Positions 49,936 to 60,574 are shown, counted from the first letter of the stretch. The stretch: DNA of 64,000 nucleotides from an uncultured delta proteobacterium (GCA_963787125.1 CAWBBV010000014.1:57794-121793), one strand, 5' to 3'. The notes: generated from the letters alone by a model not told the origin. Numbers and translations: made by a program.

Positions 49936-50949
49936 TTATGCAGACTTGTATCTGCCGAGAGACGAGAATGAGATACCATCTCTCCAGAGGATAAGAAAGC
50001 CAATTAATATAACCGGGAAAAAATTGATGGAATGAATAACAATCGCCACACTCAGAGCGAGTTCTTTGGGGACGTTGAATGCCATGAGGCCATACATGCA
50101 GGCGGCATGATATGTACCTATGTAGCCTGGTGAAGCCGGCACCATAACGGCGAAAACAAGAAAAACCAGTATAAACATCGACGCGGTGATGGGAAGATCT
50201 ATTCTGAAAGCCTTCAGCAGCAGATCAATCGGCCATGTCGCCGTTGTCCAGATAAGGGCGGAGGTAGCTACTAGTGCAATCAGCTCTTTTGGTTTCGAGG
50301 TGAGCCTGATACCTGAAATAAATGAACCGAGAAGCGGGATTACCTTCCCTGAAAGTTTTTCCGGAAATGGGGCTAATATGACTGCAACGAATTTCAAGGT
50401 TGCGATGGTAGAACGTTTAAGAAAGATGAGAAACCCGATTACAAAAACATATAATCCAAGAGTCACATAGCCACCGGTTACAAGCGCCTTCTGAACATCT
50501 TCCATTCCAGGAGGTAGCTTGACCGTAAAAAAGGTTATTACCAATATAACCAGGACAGAAAAACCGTCGAAAAGCCGATCAAGTACCAGCGTCGCAAAAA
50601 CAGAACTTGGCTCAAGCCCCTCTCTTTCGGCAAGAATATAAGCGCGTACAAACTCCCCCATTCTGGCGGGGAGGAGATTGTTGGCCATATAACAGATAAT
50701 GGTTGCCGAGAGAAGGTTCCATGGAGCCGCTTTTTTCTGTGGCAGCAGCAGGAAGTGCCACCGTACTGCTCTCAGCAAGTAGCTGATAAAAGTTATCAGA
50801 AGAGCGGCACCAACAAATTTGAGCTCCAGGTTTTTAAGGACCAGAACAAGTTGGGCAAAATCAATCTTCCTGAACAGAAAGAAAAGGAAAAAAAGGCTGA
50901 TGCCGATCCCGGCAACAAGCTTCAAGTCAATACGCCGCCAACTACTCAC
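49936..50949 (-). CDS. Lysylphosphatidylglycerol synthase TM (flippase-like) domain protein
   Basis: RAVRW..LL, NNLLPARMGE..R, DRLFD, PASPGYIG. Confidence 0.85.
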   Translation of the reverse strand: MSSWRRIDLKLVAGIGISLFFLFFLFRKIDFAQLVLVLKNLELKFVGAALLITFISYLLRAVRWHFLLLPQKKAAPWNLLSATIICYMANNLLPARMGEFVRAYILAEREGLEPSSVFATLVLDRLFDGFSVLVILVITFFTVKLPPGMEDVQKALVTGGYVTLGLYVFVIGFLIFLKRSTIATLKFVAVILAPFPEKLSGKVIPLLGSFISGIRLTSKPKELIALVATSALIWTTATWPIDLLLKAFRIDLPITASMFILVFLVFAVMVPASPGYIGTYHAACMYGLMAFNVPKELALSVAIVIHSINFFPVILIGFLILWRDGISFSSLGRYKSA

Positions 50950-51908
50950 ATATCCTCCAGATACTCTCTATAAACAACAAGCGGTGAGGAGGCAAGAATC
51001 GCACGGCATCTCGCCACATCGGCAGTAATGGCCGCAACCAGCTCAGTTACCGAGTCAAATCTTTTTTCGTCTCTTAGCCTCTCAAAGAAATATACTCTTA
51101 TCTCCTTGCCATACAGGTCTTCATCAAAATCAAAAACAAACACTTCTATTGTTTTACCGGAAGAAGCAAAAGTTGGATTAAACCCGATATTGCAGGCGGC
51201 ATCATAGAGTTTGTCAGCAATCTTTGCCTTAACAGCATAAACACCTTCAGCCGGAATAAGCTCTTTATCGGTATCGATATTAGCCGTCGGGAAACCGAGT
51301 GACCTGCCCCTGTCAGCACCATGCACAACTTTTCCGGCAATAGAAAAATTTCTTCCTAAATAGCGAACAATATCGGCAACAGCACCGGCTGATATCATCT
51401 TTCTGATCAGTGAACTACTGTATGTTATCGCACCGTCAGAAATCGGGAGAAGTTCCTCGACAACAAAGGAAAACCGTTCCCCCATGGTTTTCAGCAGAGC
51501 AATATTCCCTTCCCGCTGTTTACCAAAGGCGTAATCATAACCGATAATCAAGCGTTTCAGGCCAATTTTACCCACCAGGATACGTTCAACAAAATCTGCT
51601 GCAGGCATTGCCGCAAAATCCGGGTCGAACTTTATAATAAGGAGAATATCAATCCCGGAAGCCTCAATGAGAGTTATCTTTTCATCAAGGGTGTTGATAA
51701 GGGAAACAGTTCTTGCTGACGGCACGACCTTTAGTGGGTGGGGATCGAAGGTAATGACAACCGAAACACCACCTATCTCCCTGGCAGACTTTTTAAGTTT
51801 CCGAAATATCTCCCGATGACCAAGATGGACGCCGTCAAAATTGCCGATAGTCACTACCGGATTAAGCAGGTGACCGTTAATCTCCTCAATTGAACGATAA
51901 ACTATCAT
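50946..51908 (-). CDS. ribF: Riboflavin kinase/FAD synthetase
   Basis: IGNFDGVHLGH, GFPTAN, RDEKRF. Confidence 0.96.
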   Translation of the reverse strand: MIVYRSIEEINGHLLNPVVTIGNFDGVHLGHREIFRKLKKSAREIGGVSVVITFDPHPLKVVPSARTVSLINTLDEKITLIEASGIDILLIIKFDPDFAAMPAADFVERILVGKIGLKRLIIGYDYAFGKQREGNIALLKTMGERFSFVVEELLPISDGAITYSSSLIRKMISAGAVADIVRYLGRNFSIAGKVVHGADRGRSLGFPTANIDTDKELIPAEGVYAVKAKIADKLYDAACNIGFNPTFASSGKTIEVFVFDFDEDLYGKEIRVYFFERLRDEKRFDSVTELVAAITADVARCRAILASSPLVVYREYLEDM

Positions 51909-52744
51909 GACACCTCGATGACTGGCGTCTTCTTCTTGCCGAATATAAAAGCCACCCAGACACTGACTTCATACATAAGATAAAGCGGCACCATGATGAC
52001 AAACATAGTGATAAGGTCAGCGTGGAATGCTGCGATGATTGAGCTCGCCAGCAGTGCATATTTTCGGTTTTTAGCAAGAAGGCTATAAGAGACAAGGCCG
52101 ATTCGTGACAAAAGCAGTGCCAGTACCGGCAGTTCAAAGATCAGACCAAAGATAAGAATCAGACGCAGACAGAAATTAACATACGCCGAGAGGTTGAACC
52201 AACTTTGCAGCCCCTCCATTTCATAGGAAAGAGAGAAATTAATAATAACCGGCCAAATGATGAAAAGGAAAAACAGCGCACCAACACAGAATGTGGCCGT
52301 GCTGGCAGTTACAAACGGTACGACCAGCTTCTTCTCCCTGAATGTCAATCCGGGCGCAATAAAGAGCCATATCTGATAGAAAACAACCGGGAGAACAATA
52401 ATGAAACCGGCAATACAGGAGATTTTGCACTGCACAAAGAATGGTTCAAGGGGTGCACTGTAATTAAGACGACGCTCCTTGACCGAAACTGTCATCTCTT
52501 TCTCGAGCTGATAGCGATTATATACTGAAGGATAGCGCTTTTTAACCTCAGAATAGACAGTTTTCTTTAGCTCGGTAAGATAAGTCTTGCCGGTAATAGG
52601 TTTTTCAATAAACGTGAGGATGTCGCCGGAAAAGTTCCAGGCGACGCCCATACCGATGGTCACTGCTACAACTATTATAATCAGACGCTTCCGCAGTTCG
52701 ACTAGATGTTCGATAAACGGAAGAACTTTTTCCTGCGCCATCAA
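51905..52744 (-). CDS. tatC: Twin-arginine translocase subunit TatC
   Basis: EHLVELRKRL, QIWLFIAPGL..EK, FGLIFELP. Confidence 0.95.
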   Translation of the reverse strand: MMAQEKVLPFIEHLVELRKRLIIIVVAVTIGMGVAWNFSGDILTFIEKPITGKTYLTELKKTVYSEVKKRYPSVYNRYQLEKEMTVSVKERRLNYSAPLEPFFVQCKISCIAGFIIVLPVVFYQIWLFIAPGLTFREKKLVVPFVTASTATFCVGALFFLFIIWPVIINFSLSYEMEGLQSWFNLSAYVNFCLRLILIFGLIFELPVLALLLSRIGLVSYSLLAKNRKYALLASSIIAAFHADLITMFVIMVPLYLMYEVSVWVAFIFGKKKTPVIEVS

Positions 52745-52954
52745 TAGCTCCCGACAAGAGTAAAATCATGTATTAATAGCACAGTGAAAAGAGACGGCGC
52801 AACTGAATTAGAATTTAGGCGCAACTGGACAGACAGGAAAATATAGCATAAAAATAAAGAGGTGCCATGCGCCACTTAACTTGAATCAGTAGTGTGGATA
52901 TTTAATCAATGGCTTACAGACATAATCCGTAAGCCCAGGAGTAAAGTGTCAACC

Positions 52955-53476
52955 ATGCGAATGTTATTACTCTACACTCTGCTTATGTTGTCTGGATGCG
53001 CTGCCAATGACTGGCGCACGTCAAACCGCGAATCGGCCGGAATTGCCCCAAACCCTCAAACTTACAAAGAGGCCGTGCTTCAGGTATACGGAGCTTCCAC
53101 CTGGGGATGGCGGGGATGGTTCGCCATCCATACCTGGATTGCAGTCAAACCCGCCAATGCTGAGGCGTATACGGTCTATGAGGTTGTTGGCTGGCGACAA
53201 CAGAGAGGCTTATCGGTTGTCAGGATTGAAAAAGACTTGCCAGATCGTTACTGGTTTGGCGAGCGTCCACGTCTGCTCAAAGAATTCAGAGGCCAGGTGG
53301 CTGACAAACTAATCAGGGATGTCGATGCTGCAGCGAGGGCATACCCCTGGCCGGACACCTATACAGCGTTTCCAGGACCGAACAGCAACACATTTGTCGC
53401 ATGGATCGCCAAGAAAGTGCCGGATCTGGGACTTGAGCTTCCGTTTTCCGCCATTGGCAGCGGTTACTCTAATTAA
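52955..53476 (+). CDS. DUF3750-like lipoprotein
   Basis: Lipobox LSGC, WRGWFAIHTW, YPW..Y...PGPNSNTF. Confidence 0.75.
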   Translation: MRMLLLYTLLMLSGCAANDWRTSNRESAGIAPNPQTYKEAVLQVYGASTWGWRGWFAIHTWIAVKPANAEAYTVYEVVGWRQQRGLSVVRIEKDLPDRYWFGERPRLLKEFRGQVADKLIRDVDAAARAYPWPDTYTAFPGPNSNTFVAWIAKKVPDLGLELPFSAIGSGYSN

Positions 53477-53641
53477 AGGAGGTGACTTAAATGAAAGTGA
53501 GCGATAAACAGCAGTCCCCGGAAGAAATGGAACACAGCGTTACTGCTTGAGGGCATGATGATTTTCAAAAGTTTTGTCTTTACCAATTCAACAGCACCAT
53601 CTTTGCCGGCAAATTTCACTACAATGTTAATTATGGAAGTG
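53473..53641 (-). pseudogene. Degraded ABM (putative quinol monooxygenase) gene
   Basis: GAGG RBS, no start codon, then SIINIVVKFAGKDGAVELVKTKLLKII.P. Confidence 0.45.
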
Positions 53642-53840
53642 TTTCCTCTCTTTTCTCGTGGGCTTTTTTGCCATGAACCCGTTCGTATGCCCGACAAAAA
53701 GGGCAAATAGCCACTTCTACGTTTTTAACGAAAGCAAAGGAAATACCTGTCTGCATTTTCCTGGCATGGCGACAAAGCGGACACAACTCACACATTCGGG
53801 CCAGCTTCATATCCAGCGTGCTAACTTCCTGCCTGTTCAT
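53631..53840 (-). CDS. Small Cys-rich hypothetical protein
   Basis: CELCPLC and CPFC..YE...G.KAHE; ATGA overlap with the flavin reductase gene. Confidence 0.65.
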   Translation of the reverse strand: MNRQEVSTLDMKLARMCELCPLCRHARKMQTGISFAFVKNVEVAICPFCRAYERVHGKKAHEKREETLP

Positions 53841-54409
53841 GATTGCAGCTGTTTACCAACAGTAAAAGCCCTCCCCAGAAGGGGTCCAACGCCGTGGTAG
53901 CCTTTGTGAGAGGTATCATAAATGAGCGGTTTGATCTTCGTGATATCAAGTTGACCATCATCACCAAGGACATCTGCATCTGCCTTTACATCGACAATCT
54001 CGCCGATGAACTGGGTGTGCAGGCCGATCTCGACTATATGCAAAAGGCGACACTCCAGAACAACCGGAAATTCTGCTGCGTAAGGCGCATCAACCAGATC
54101 GCTCTTGACAGGAGTAAGGCCCGCGACAGCAAACTTGTCAAAATCTCGCCCCGAAGCAATCCCCATATAATCAGCTTCTATCATCCTGCTTTCGCAGGCT
54201 ATCCCAACAGTAAACGCTTTACGTTCCACTATGCAAGCATGTGAATAGGTAGCCTTGCGCATTGACACTGCAACGCAAGGCGGTTGAGAACAGCAGATAC
54301 CGCCCCAGGCAGCATTCATCAGGTTCGGTTTGCCTGTTTGGTCATATGATCCGACCATCAGGACAGGGGTAGGAAACAGCAGTGTCTTTGCGCCAATAGA
54401 TTTCTTCAT
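53837..54409 (-). CDS. Flavin reductase (flavoredoxin) family protein
   Basis: PTPV..VGSYD, AAWGG, ECRL...G.HT.FIGEI. Confidence 0.9.
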   Translation of the reverse strand: MKKSIGAKTLLFPTPVLMVGSYDQTGKPNLMNAAWGGICCSQPPCVAVSMRKATYSHACIVERKAFTVGIACESRMIEADYMGIASGRDFDKFAVAGLTPVKSDLVDAPYAAEFPVVLECRLLHIVEIGLHTQFIGEIVDVKADADVLGDDGQLDITKIKPLIYDTSHKGYHGVGPLLGRAFTVGKQLQS

Positions 54410-54419
54410 TGTATCTCCT

Positions 54420-54640
54420 AATCGTCATACTTGCACCGGTATGGAAATGCCACAGTTCGTCGGACTTGATCCGGTGGAATACTGAGCATTCGCCCTTTTC
54501 AAGAAGACAATATATCACAGTGTAGAATGATAGATCGCCCCTGAATCAATATTTTAAAGCGGCATAAGTAACCATCTCGGTTGCCCGACAGCTTTAGTGG
54601 AACAACCCACCCCGGGCGTATCAACCCAAACTATTAAATG
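54420..54640 (-). pseudogene. Cupin (DUF985/Cupin_5) pseudogene fragment
   Basis: GGLFH*SCRATEMVTYAALKY*FRGDLSFYTVIYCLLEKGECSVFHRIKSDELWHFHTG with in-frame stops. Confidence 0.75.
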
Positions 54641-56118
54641 ACATTTCGGTTAACTTTATACTCAGTTGCTATCCAGCACTTCTCTCACTATAGCCGCCAT
54701 ATTCGGCAGCGAAAACGGCTTTTGAATAAAATGAACGCCTTCATCAAGCACGCCGTGGTGTGCGATGACATCGGCCGTATAACCGGACATAAACAGACGC
54801 TTCAAGTGAGGATAAATTGTGAGGATATTTTTTGCCAGGTCGCGGCCATTCATCTCCGGCATGATCACGTCGGTCATCAGCAGGTGGATTTCCCCCTGAT
54901 GCTCGCGTGCCAGTTCGATTGCCTTGCCGGGAGTGTCAGCTTTAAGTACCATATAGCCCTGTTCCTCAAGCATCAAAGTCGCTATGTTCAGGATAGCCGG
55001 CTCGTCTTCCACCAGCAGGATGGTTTCCTGACCGCGTGGGACAGGTGCAGCAGGCTCTTCCACCGCAGCTTGGCTGTTCTTGCTGGTCTCATCGCGGGGC
55101 AGATAAATCGAGAATGTTGTCCCATGGCCCGGTTCACTGTAGATGTTGATGAAGCCGTTATTCTGTTTAACCGCGCCATAGACTGTAGCTAATCCCAGCC
55201 CAGTGCCTTTACCCATCTCTTTAGTGGTATAAAACGGTTCAAATATGTGTGTCTGGGTTTCCCTGTCCATGCCGGCGCCGTCATCGCTGACGCTCAAACG
55301 GACATAGTCACCGGGCACCGCCTCCTGATGATTGGTGCAGTAGGCAGCATCAATGGTACAGTTTTCTGTTTCAATAGTGATCCTGCCGGTGTCCTCGATA
55401 GCATCCCTGGCATTTACACATAAGTTGGCCAGTATCTGATCGACCTGCGACGGGTCAATCCTGGTCTGCCAGAGCTCTGCAGCAGGCTGCCAGGTAAGAT
55501 GAAGGTTTTCTCCAATAAGCCGCTGCAGCATCTTGAGCATTCCCGAGACGGTTTCGTTCAGATCCAGTACTTTGGGTGCCACGGTCTGCTTGCGGGCAAA
55601 GGTTAAAAGTTGCCGGGTCAGGTTGGCGGATCGTTCAGCTGCTTTACTGATTTCTTTGAGATCGGCGACAAGCGGATTGTCAGGACCTATTTTCATCAAG
55701 CCCATTTCAGCATGCCCCATGATTACAGCGAGCATGTTGTTGAAGTCATGAGCCACGCCACCGGCCAGACGACCGACTGACTCCATCTTCTGGGCTTGCT
55801 GTAGTCGGGCTTCGAGTTTGTCATTCTCTTCCTGATTATGTTTACTGTCGGTGATGTCTCTTGCTGTACTGGCAAATCCGGTTACCGTGCCGTTTTCGTC
55901 TCGCTCAGCACGTATAGTCCACACCATGTGATAATGGTCCTGGCCATTGATTGCCACTAGTCGGTTTTCATGAGTGAAGATCTCTACACCGCTCTGAATC
56001 CAGCGGTTAAAGGCGGGAATGGTGGAGTCGCGATCATCAGGGTGGATGAAATCAAAAGCTAACAGGCCAAGGCATTCCTCGGGAGGCAATCCAAATATTT
56101 TCAGCGCTGTGTTATTTA

Positions 56119-57789
56119 GTTTCCATCCGGAAAGATAACCGGATGAAATTGTTAAGATATTTTGCATAAAGTGGTTCAGTTTTATCTCGTTTTATGCTAT
56201 CCTGCAAACCATAACAAGCTGTAAACATTGCACATTATGGTTTCAGGGGTACTCCGGATGCGACAAAAACTGACACGACAGATGAGCCTTTTCTCTGTCA
56301 CCATGCGTCACGATATTGGTAAAGAGTTGGCAGCAATTTCTTCTATTCTCGACGCCACTCCCCAGATGCTTGATCTGGTGTTCTCCGACCTGACAAGAGA
56401 GTCTCGTCAGGATACCGGCCGGGAGGGACTGACCGCAGAACAGGTGCTGCGCTGCGTTGTCCTGAAACAGTTTCGCAGCCTCTCTTATGAAGAGCTCGCG
56501 TTTCATCTTGAAGATTCCAAATCCTTTCGTGCCTTTGCCCGACTGGAGATGGGACAGTATCCGTCGTCATCGACTCTTCAGGAAAACATCAAGCCGCTTT
56601 CCGAAGAGACCTGGGAGGCAGTTCATATCTGCCTCATGCAGTATGCCATGGAAGCCGGCATAGAAACCGGTCGTAAAGTCAGGATTGACTCGACCGTTGT
56701 CGAAAGTAACATTCATGATCCCTCTGATTCCACCTTGCTCTGGGATGGGATCAGGGTCATCACCCGTTGGCTTGAGGAGGGTCATGCCCTTACTCCCCGT
56801 CCTGACTACAGCTATTGCGACCATTGCCGTGTTGTCAAGAAACGGCTTATGGTGATTCTCAACGCCAAGAAACAAGAGGATAGAGTCTCGGCCTATCGTG
56901 ACATGACGCACTACGCGGGCAAGGTTGTCGGCTATGCCAATAAAGCGATTCCGGCTCTGCAGGCGTACCAGGCAAACGGTCTTGGTGACATGCTTGCAGC
57001 AATGAATCTTGCCGCACAGCTGAAACGGGCAGTGGGTCTACTGGAAAAGGTTATCAGTCAGACCGAACGACGGGTATTCCATAACGAGAAGGTGCCGGCA
57101 TCAGATAAAGTGACATCCTTCTTTGAGGACCACACCGACATCATCGTCAAGAAGAGGCGTGAGACCCACTTCGGCCACAAGATATTTCTGACCGGCGGCA
57201 AGTCCAACCTGATCCTTGACTGCCTGATTGCCAAAGGCAACCCGGCTGACTCGGATCAATACATCCCTATGCTGGAGCGGTACAAAGGGGTCTTCCGCAG
57301 GGTGCCGCGCCAGGTAAGTGCTGATGGTGGCTTTGCATCGAAGGATAACCTGACGGAAGCAAAAGGCCTTGGCGTAAAAGACGCTGTTTTTGCCAAGAAG
57401 CGCGGGTTATCGGTAATCGACATGGCCAAGAGTTCCTGGGTGTACAAGAAGTTGCGGAACTTCCGTGCCGGTATCGAAGCCAACATCTCCACACTCAAGA
57501 GAGCTTTCGGGCTTGACCGCTGCACCTGGAAAGGTTGGGAAGGATTCAGACGTTATGTCTGGAGTTCGATCTTTGCCTACAACCTTCAGGTCATAGCCCG
57601 GATCAAGCTGGAAGCGGCTTAAAAAGGCAAAAGCAGCAGCGAAAAGCATCTCGACGGGTGTAGTGCGTCATTAAATTGAGAAAGAGCAGATAAAACTGGT
57701 TACGTGGTAGTCAAAATCTTCCGAAGCAGAGACTGCCAACAGCGACCGGAGGTCCAGTACGTCTTAAACTGGGGTTTCCGGATGGACAC
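56119..57789 (+). mobile_element. 1671-bp insertion sequence (ISNCY/ISDol1-like), copy 2
   Basis: Same IRs as copy 1; target duplication TATTTA at 56113-56118 and 57790-57795. Confidence 0.93.
56258..57622 (+). CDS. DDE transposase
   Basis: Translation identical to copy 1. Confidence 0.93.
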   Translation: MRQKLTRQMSLFSVTMRHDIGKELAAISSILDATPQMLDLVFSDLTRESRQDTGREGLTAEQVLRCVVLKQFRSLSYEELAFHLEDSKSFRAFARLEMGQYPSSSTLQENIKPLSEETWEAVHICLMQYAMEAGIETGRKVRIDSTVVESNIHDPSDSTLLWDGIRVITRWLEEGHALTPRPDYSYCDHCRVVKKRLMVILNAKKQEDRVSAYRDMTHYAGKVVGYANKAIPALQAYQANGLGDMLAAMNLAAQLKRAVGLLEKVISQTERRVFHNEKVPASDKVTSFFEDHTDIIVKKRRETHFGHKIFLTGGKSNLILDCLIAKGNPADSDQYIPMLERYKGVFRRVPRQVSADGGFASKDNLTEAKGLGVKDAVFAKKRGLSVIDMAKSSWVYKKLRNFRAGIEANISTLKRAFGLDRCTWKGWEGFRRYVWSSIFAYNLQVIARIKLEAA

Positions 57790-59241
57790 TATTTACAAAT
57801 ATCAGGCGTCCTTCCGTGTCAACCCTGGTGATGAGGTCCGGTGTCCCCTCTACCAGATTGCGATACTGCTTCCGACTCTCTTGCAACAGTTTCTGACTGG
57901 TTTTATATTCATCGATCTGTACCCGAAGCATCTCTTCAGCCGCCATAAGTTCATCATTCTGGCTGCGAAGCTCCTCCTCATTCACCTGCAACTCTTCATT
58001 CTGGTCCTGAAGCTTTTCATTGGCACTATTCAGCAGAGCACGACTCTCATTAAGTGAGTGTTCCGTCAGCTTGCGGACCTGGATTTCCTTTTCCAAATCT
58101 GATGTGTACATTGTTGCCTGCTGGATGACCGATCGTGCAATCAGATACGTCAGCAGACCGATGAATCCGACTGAAATTATGAGCAGGCAGATAGTGATAT
58201 AATTAACATACGAGGATATTTGATTGGAAAGATCACTACAGCTCTTTGAAAAAGAAGTCTCGTTGGAAATGAATATTTTTCTTGTTTTGTCAATTTCCGC
58301 TAAGATGGACTCCTGCTCAACCTCATTGTTTGCCGCAAGAAATTGAGCTGCCTGTACCTTTAATTTTTCCCCGGCAGCATTCGCCTCAACTGCATCAGCA
58401 ACCAATTGTTTAAAAATCGGGAGCCAGTATAGAACCTTTATCCTGTTGGCGATGATAACAGCCGTTTTATGATCAGTTTCGCTGAAGGTGCTTTCCAGAA
58501 TCCTCGCAAATTCTGCGTCGCTAGTCTCCCTTCGCATGTCTAGCAAACGGCTGAAAACCTTGTTGTATGATTGAGTAATAGCCATTTTTGCCTGAAATCT
58601 TTCCAACATCTCCGGCTTTCTCTGATCATGATACTCAAAGAATGCCACCATGGCCTCAACCCGGGAAACCGTGTGGGTTCGCTCAAAACGGGCGAAGGCG
58701 GTGATCATTGTAAGGGTGTTCCCAGTCCAAACGGTTATGGAAATGACGATCAGGAGAAATATGGCAGCGATAACAGTGTGTAGATACAGCTTTCGCGTGA
58801 TTGAGTCATTAACAGAAACTATGATTTTACTCTGTAAAAGATTCATCTAATCTCCAGTTAAAACAAAACTGCTCCACATTCCGATCCCAGCTGTCTCTGC
58901 CCTGATCTGTCTGCCATACTAATCAAAATGCGCAGCAAGCAAAAAAAAAACAGGCTCACGGAGAAAACCGCAACGCCAGTTAGTAATAGTATTAGTCAGA
59001 ATAATTGTTATCACCGATAATTGACATAAGGAGTTTTTCTATCCGTCTGCGCAATATTGTCGCCACTTATGACACCTCTTTAAACAGTATTACAGTTAAA
59101 ATATATCGTTATTATGGCAAATTACTACCCCATCAACCAAAAAACGTTAAGCATAAATATTTTAATGAAGTGTCATCAGTTACTTCAAATATGATGCTGA
59201 ATTGGTATAAAGTTTATTTCCCGACCGCTTAGCCTTCATCA

Positions 59242-59325
59242 AGTGGTCATGCCTCTGGCATACATGGATATGAATCTTGTCGTCAAAACTGGTGAAGCGG
59301 TTTCACCTTGAGAAGAGATGGTTTC
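59242..59325 (-). pseudogene. Tiny IS256-family transposase fragment
   Basis: RFTSFDDKI / ISMYARGMTT with a 1-nt shift. Confidence 0.6.
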
Positions 59326-59330
59326 TTGGC

Positions 59331-59365
59331 CCTGCTCGCCTGCTCGCCTGCTCGCCTGCTCGCCT
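59331..59365. repeat. Octamer tandem repeat (CCTGCTCG)x4
   Basis: cctgctcgcctgctcgcctgctcgcctgctcgcct. Confidence 0.9.
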
Positions 59366-59370
59366 CTCAG

Positions 59371-59931
59371 TTACTCAGAAGCTGACATGTTCTCAAGAAT
59401 TTCATCGGTACACTTTACCTGTGCATAAACCGTCCCGAGAGCAGCCATGAAGGATGCGTGTACCTGCACTGCCGGCACTGTTATGCCATTAAAGGTGAGG
59501 TCTCTGGTAGCACAGGCATCATGAGTCAGTAGACAGCTGAATCCAAGATCAAATGCTGCTCTGACTGTGGCATCCACGCACATATGACTCATCATGCCGC
59601 AGATCAGTAAACTCCCGATGTTGTCGGCTTTAAGCCGCTCCAGAAGGTCGGTTGCGCGGAAGCTGTTAGGGAAGTGTTTGATAATCACCGGTTCAGTAGA
59701 GAGCGGGCGGACAGATTCGTGGGTAAGTGCACCAGTAGTATCTGGCAGAAAAAAAGAAGCACCAGATTGGATGGAAATATGCTGAATGTGGTATATGCTC
59801 CACTTCTGTTTCCGAAATGCTCCCAACAATCTCGCAGCAGCAGATGCTGCCTGGATGCTGCCGGTCAGTTCCATCTTGCCATTTGGAAAGTAATCGTTCT
59901 GGATATCAATCAGTATCAATGCAGTACTCAT
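59371..59931 (-). CDS. Isochorismatase-like cysteine hydrolase
   Basis: LILIDIQNDYF, KHFPNSF, GMMSHMCVDAT. Confidence 0.9.
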   Translation of the reverse strand: MSTALILIDIQNDYFPNGKMELTGSIQAASAAARLLGAFRKQKWSIYHIQHISIQSGASFFLPDTTGALTHESVRPLSTEPVIIKHFPNSFRATDLLERLKADNIGSLLICGMMSHMCVDATVRAAFDLGFSCLLTHDACATRDLTFNGITVPAVQVHASFMAALGTVYAQVKCTDEILENMSASE

Positions 59932-60263
59932 GTATAACTCACCTTCGCCTTTCTAAATTATCTCCGAGTATAAAGTTGCACGTCTCAGTTTTAAGGTCAA
60001 ACACGAACTCTAGTTATATTGCGGCTGACCAATTACCAAATCAATTTTGTCATCAAGTGTATCTGATGAAGAGCAGAACTCATTCCATTCTCTGGTCACG
60101 AATTCTGAGACCGAGTTTCGCAGATTGATCGGCACCATATCTAATCATTTCATTAGTTCACATTGTTTCTGTAAATTTCGCTTCATTTCACAGAATAAAC
60201 GGATGCAAGCAAATTAAATACAACAAAAGGACTCGACCGAATCGGCCAAGTCCGTGAGTTTGT

Positions 60264-60308
60264 TGGAGCTGGAGTCAGTATTCGGACCCGCTACCTTCAG
60301 CTTGGGAA
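60264..60308 (-). other. Degenerate 3' half of tRNA-Gly(CCC), probable att scar
   Basis: TGGAGCTGGAGTCAGTATTCGGACCCGCTACCTTCAGCTTGGGAA matches 13055-13099 at 33/45 by hand; ends in the anticodon loop. Confidence 0.7.
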
Positions 60309-60574
60309 ACCGTCCCAGCTCCTTTTTGGTCATTTATCTTAGCACACCTAGTTATCAATAGATCAAGAATTACGAGATTCTTTAGCTGCGACCTTAAGTC
60401 TTTATTGCCCTCGGTATACTTCCGAGAACGTCATGGTTAGAACTGTTTTTAGAACGGTTTAACGTTCAGCTCTTTAAGCTGAAAGTCATTCACGCAACAG
60501 GAATATCATAAAAATTTCCATCTGGCTGACTGTACAGGAACTGAACACTATTTCTTACAAACGGCCTTACAGAC

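Larger units (their letters stand above)
54662..58846 (-). pseudogene. Hybrid sensor histidine kinase (TM-PAS-HisKA-HATPase-REC) split by an IS
   Basis: Removing the IS and one TATTTA copy restores ...LIFVN|NTALKIFG... in frame; AHDFNN, GTGLGL, REC DVIMP. Confidence 0.9.

Noticed and set aside
58850..59250. GEMM-I (c-di-GMP/cGAMP) riboswitch, common in Geobacter
   Set aside because: No GGCAAA...GAAA...GACGCAAA core seen here or in the other intergenic regions read
60264..60308. Functional tRNA gene
   Set aside because: The 5' half is missing and the T-arm and acceptor stem are mutated
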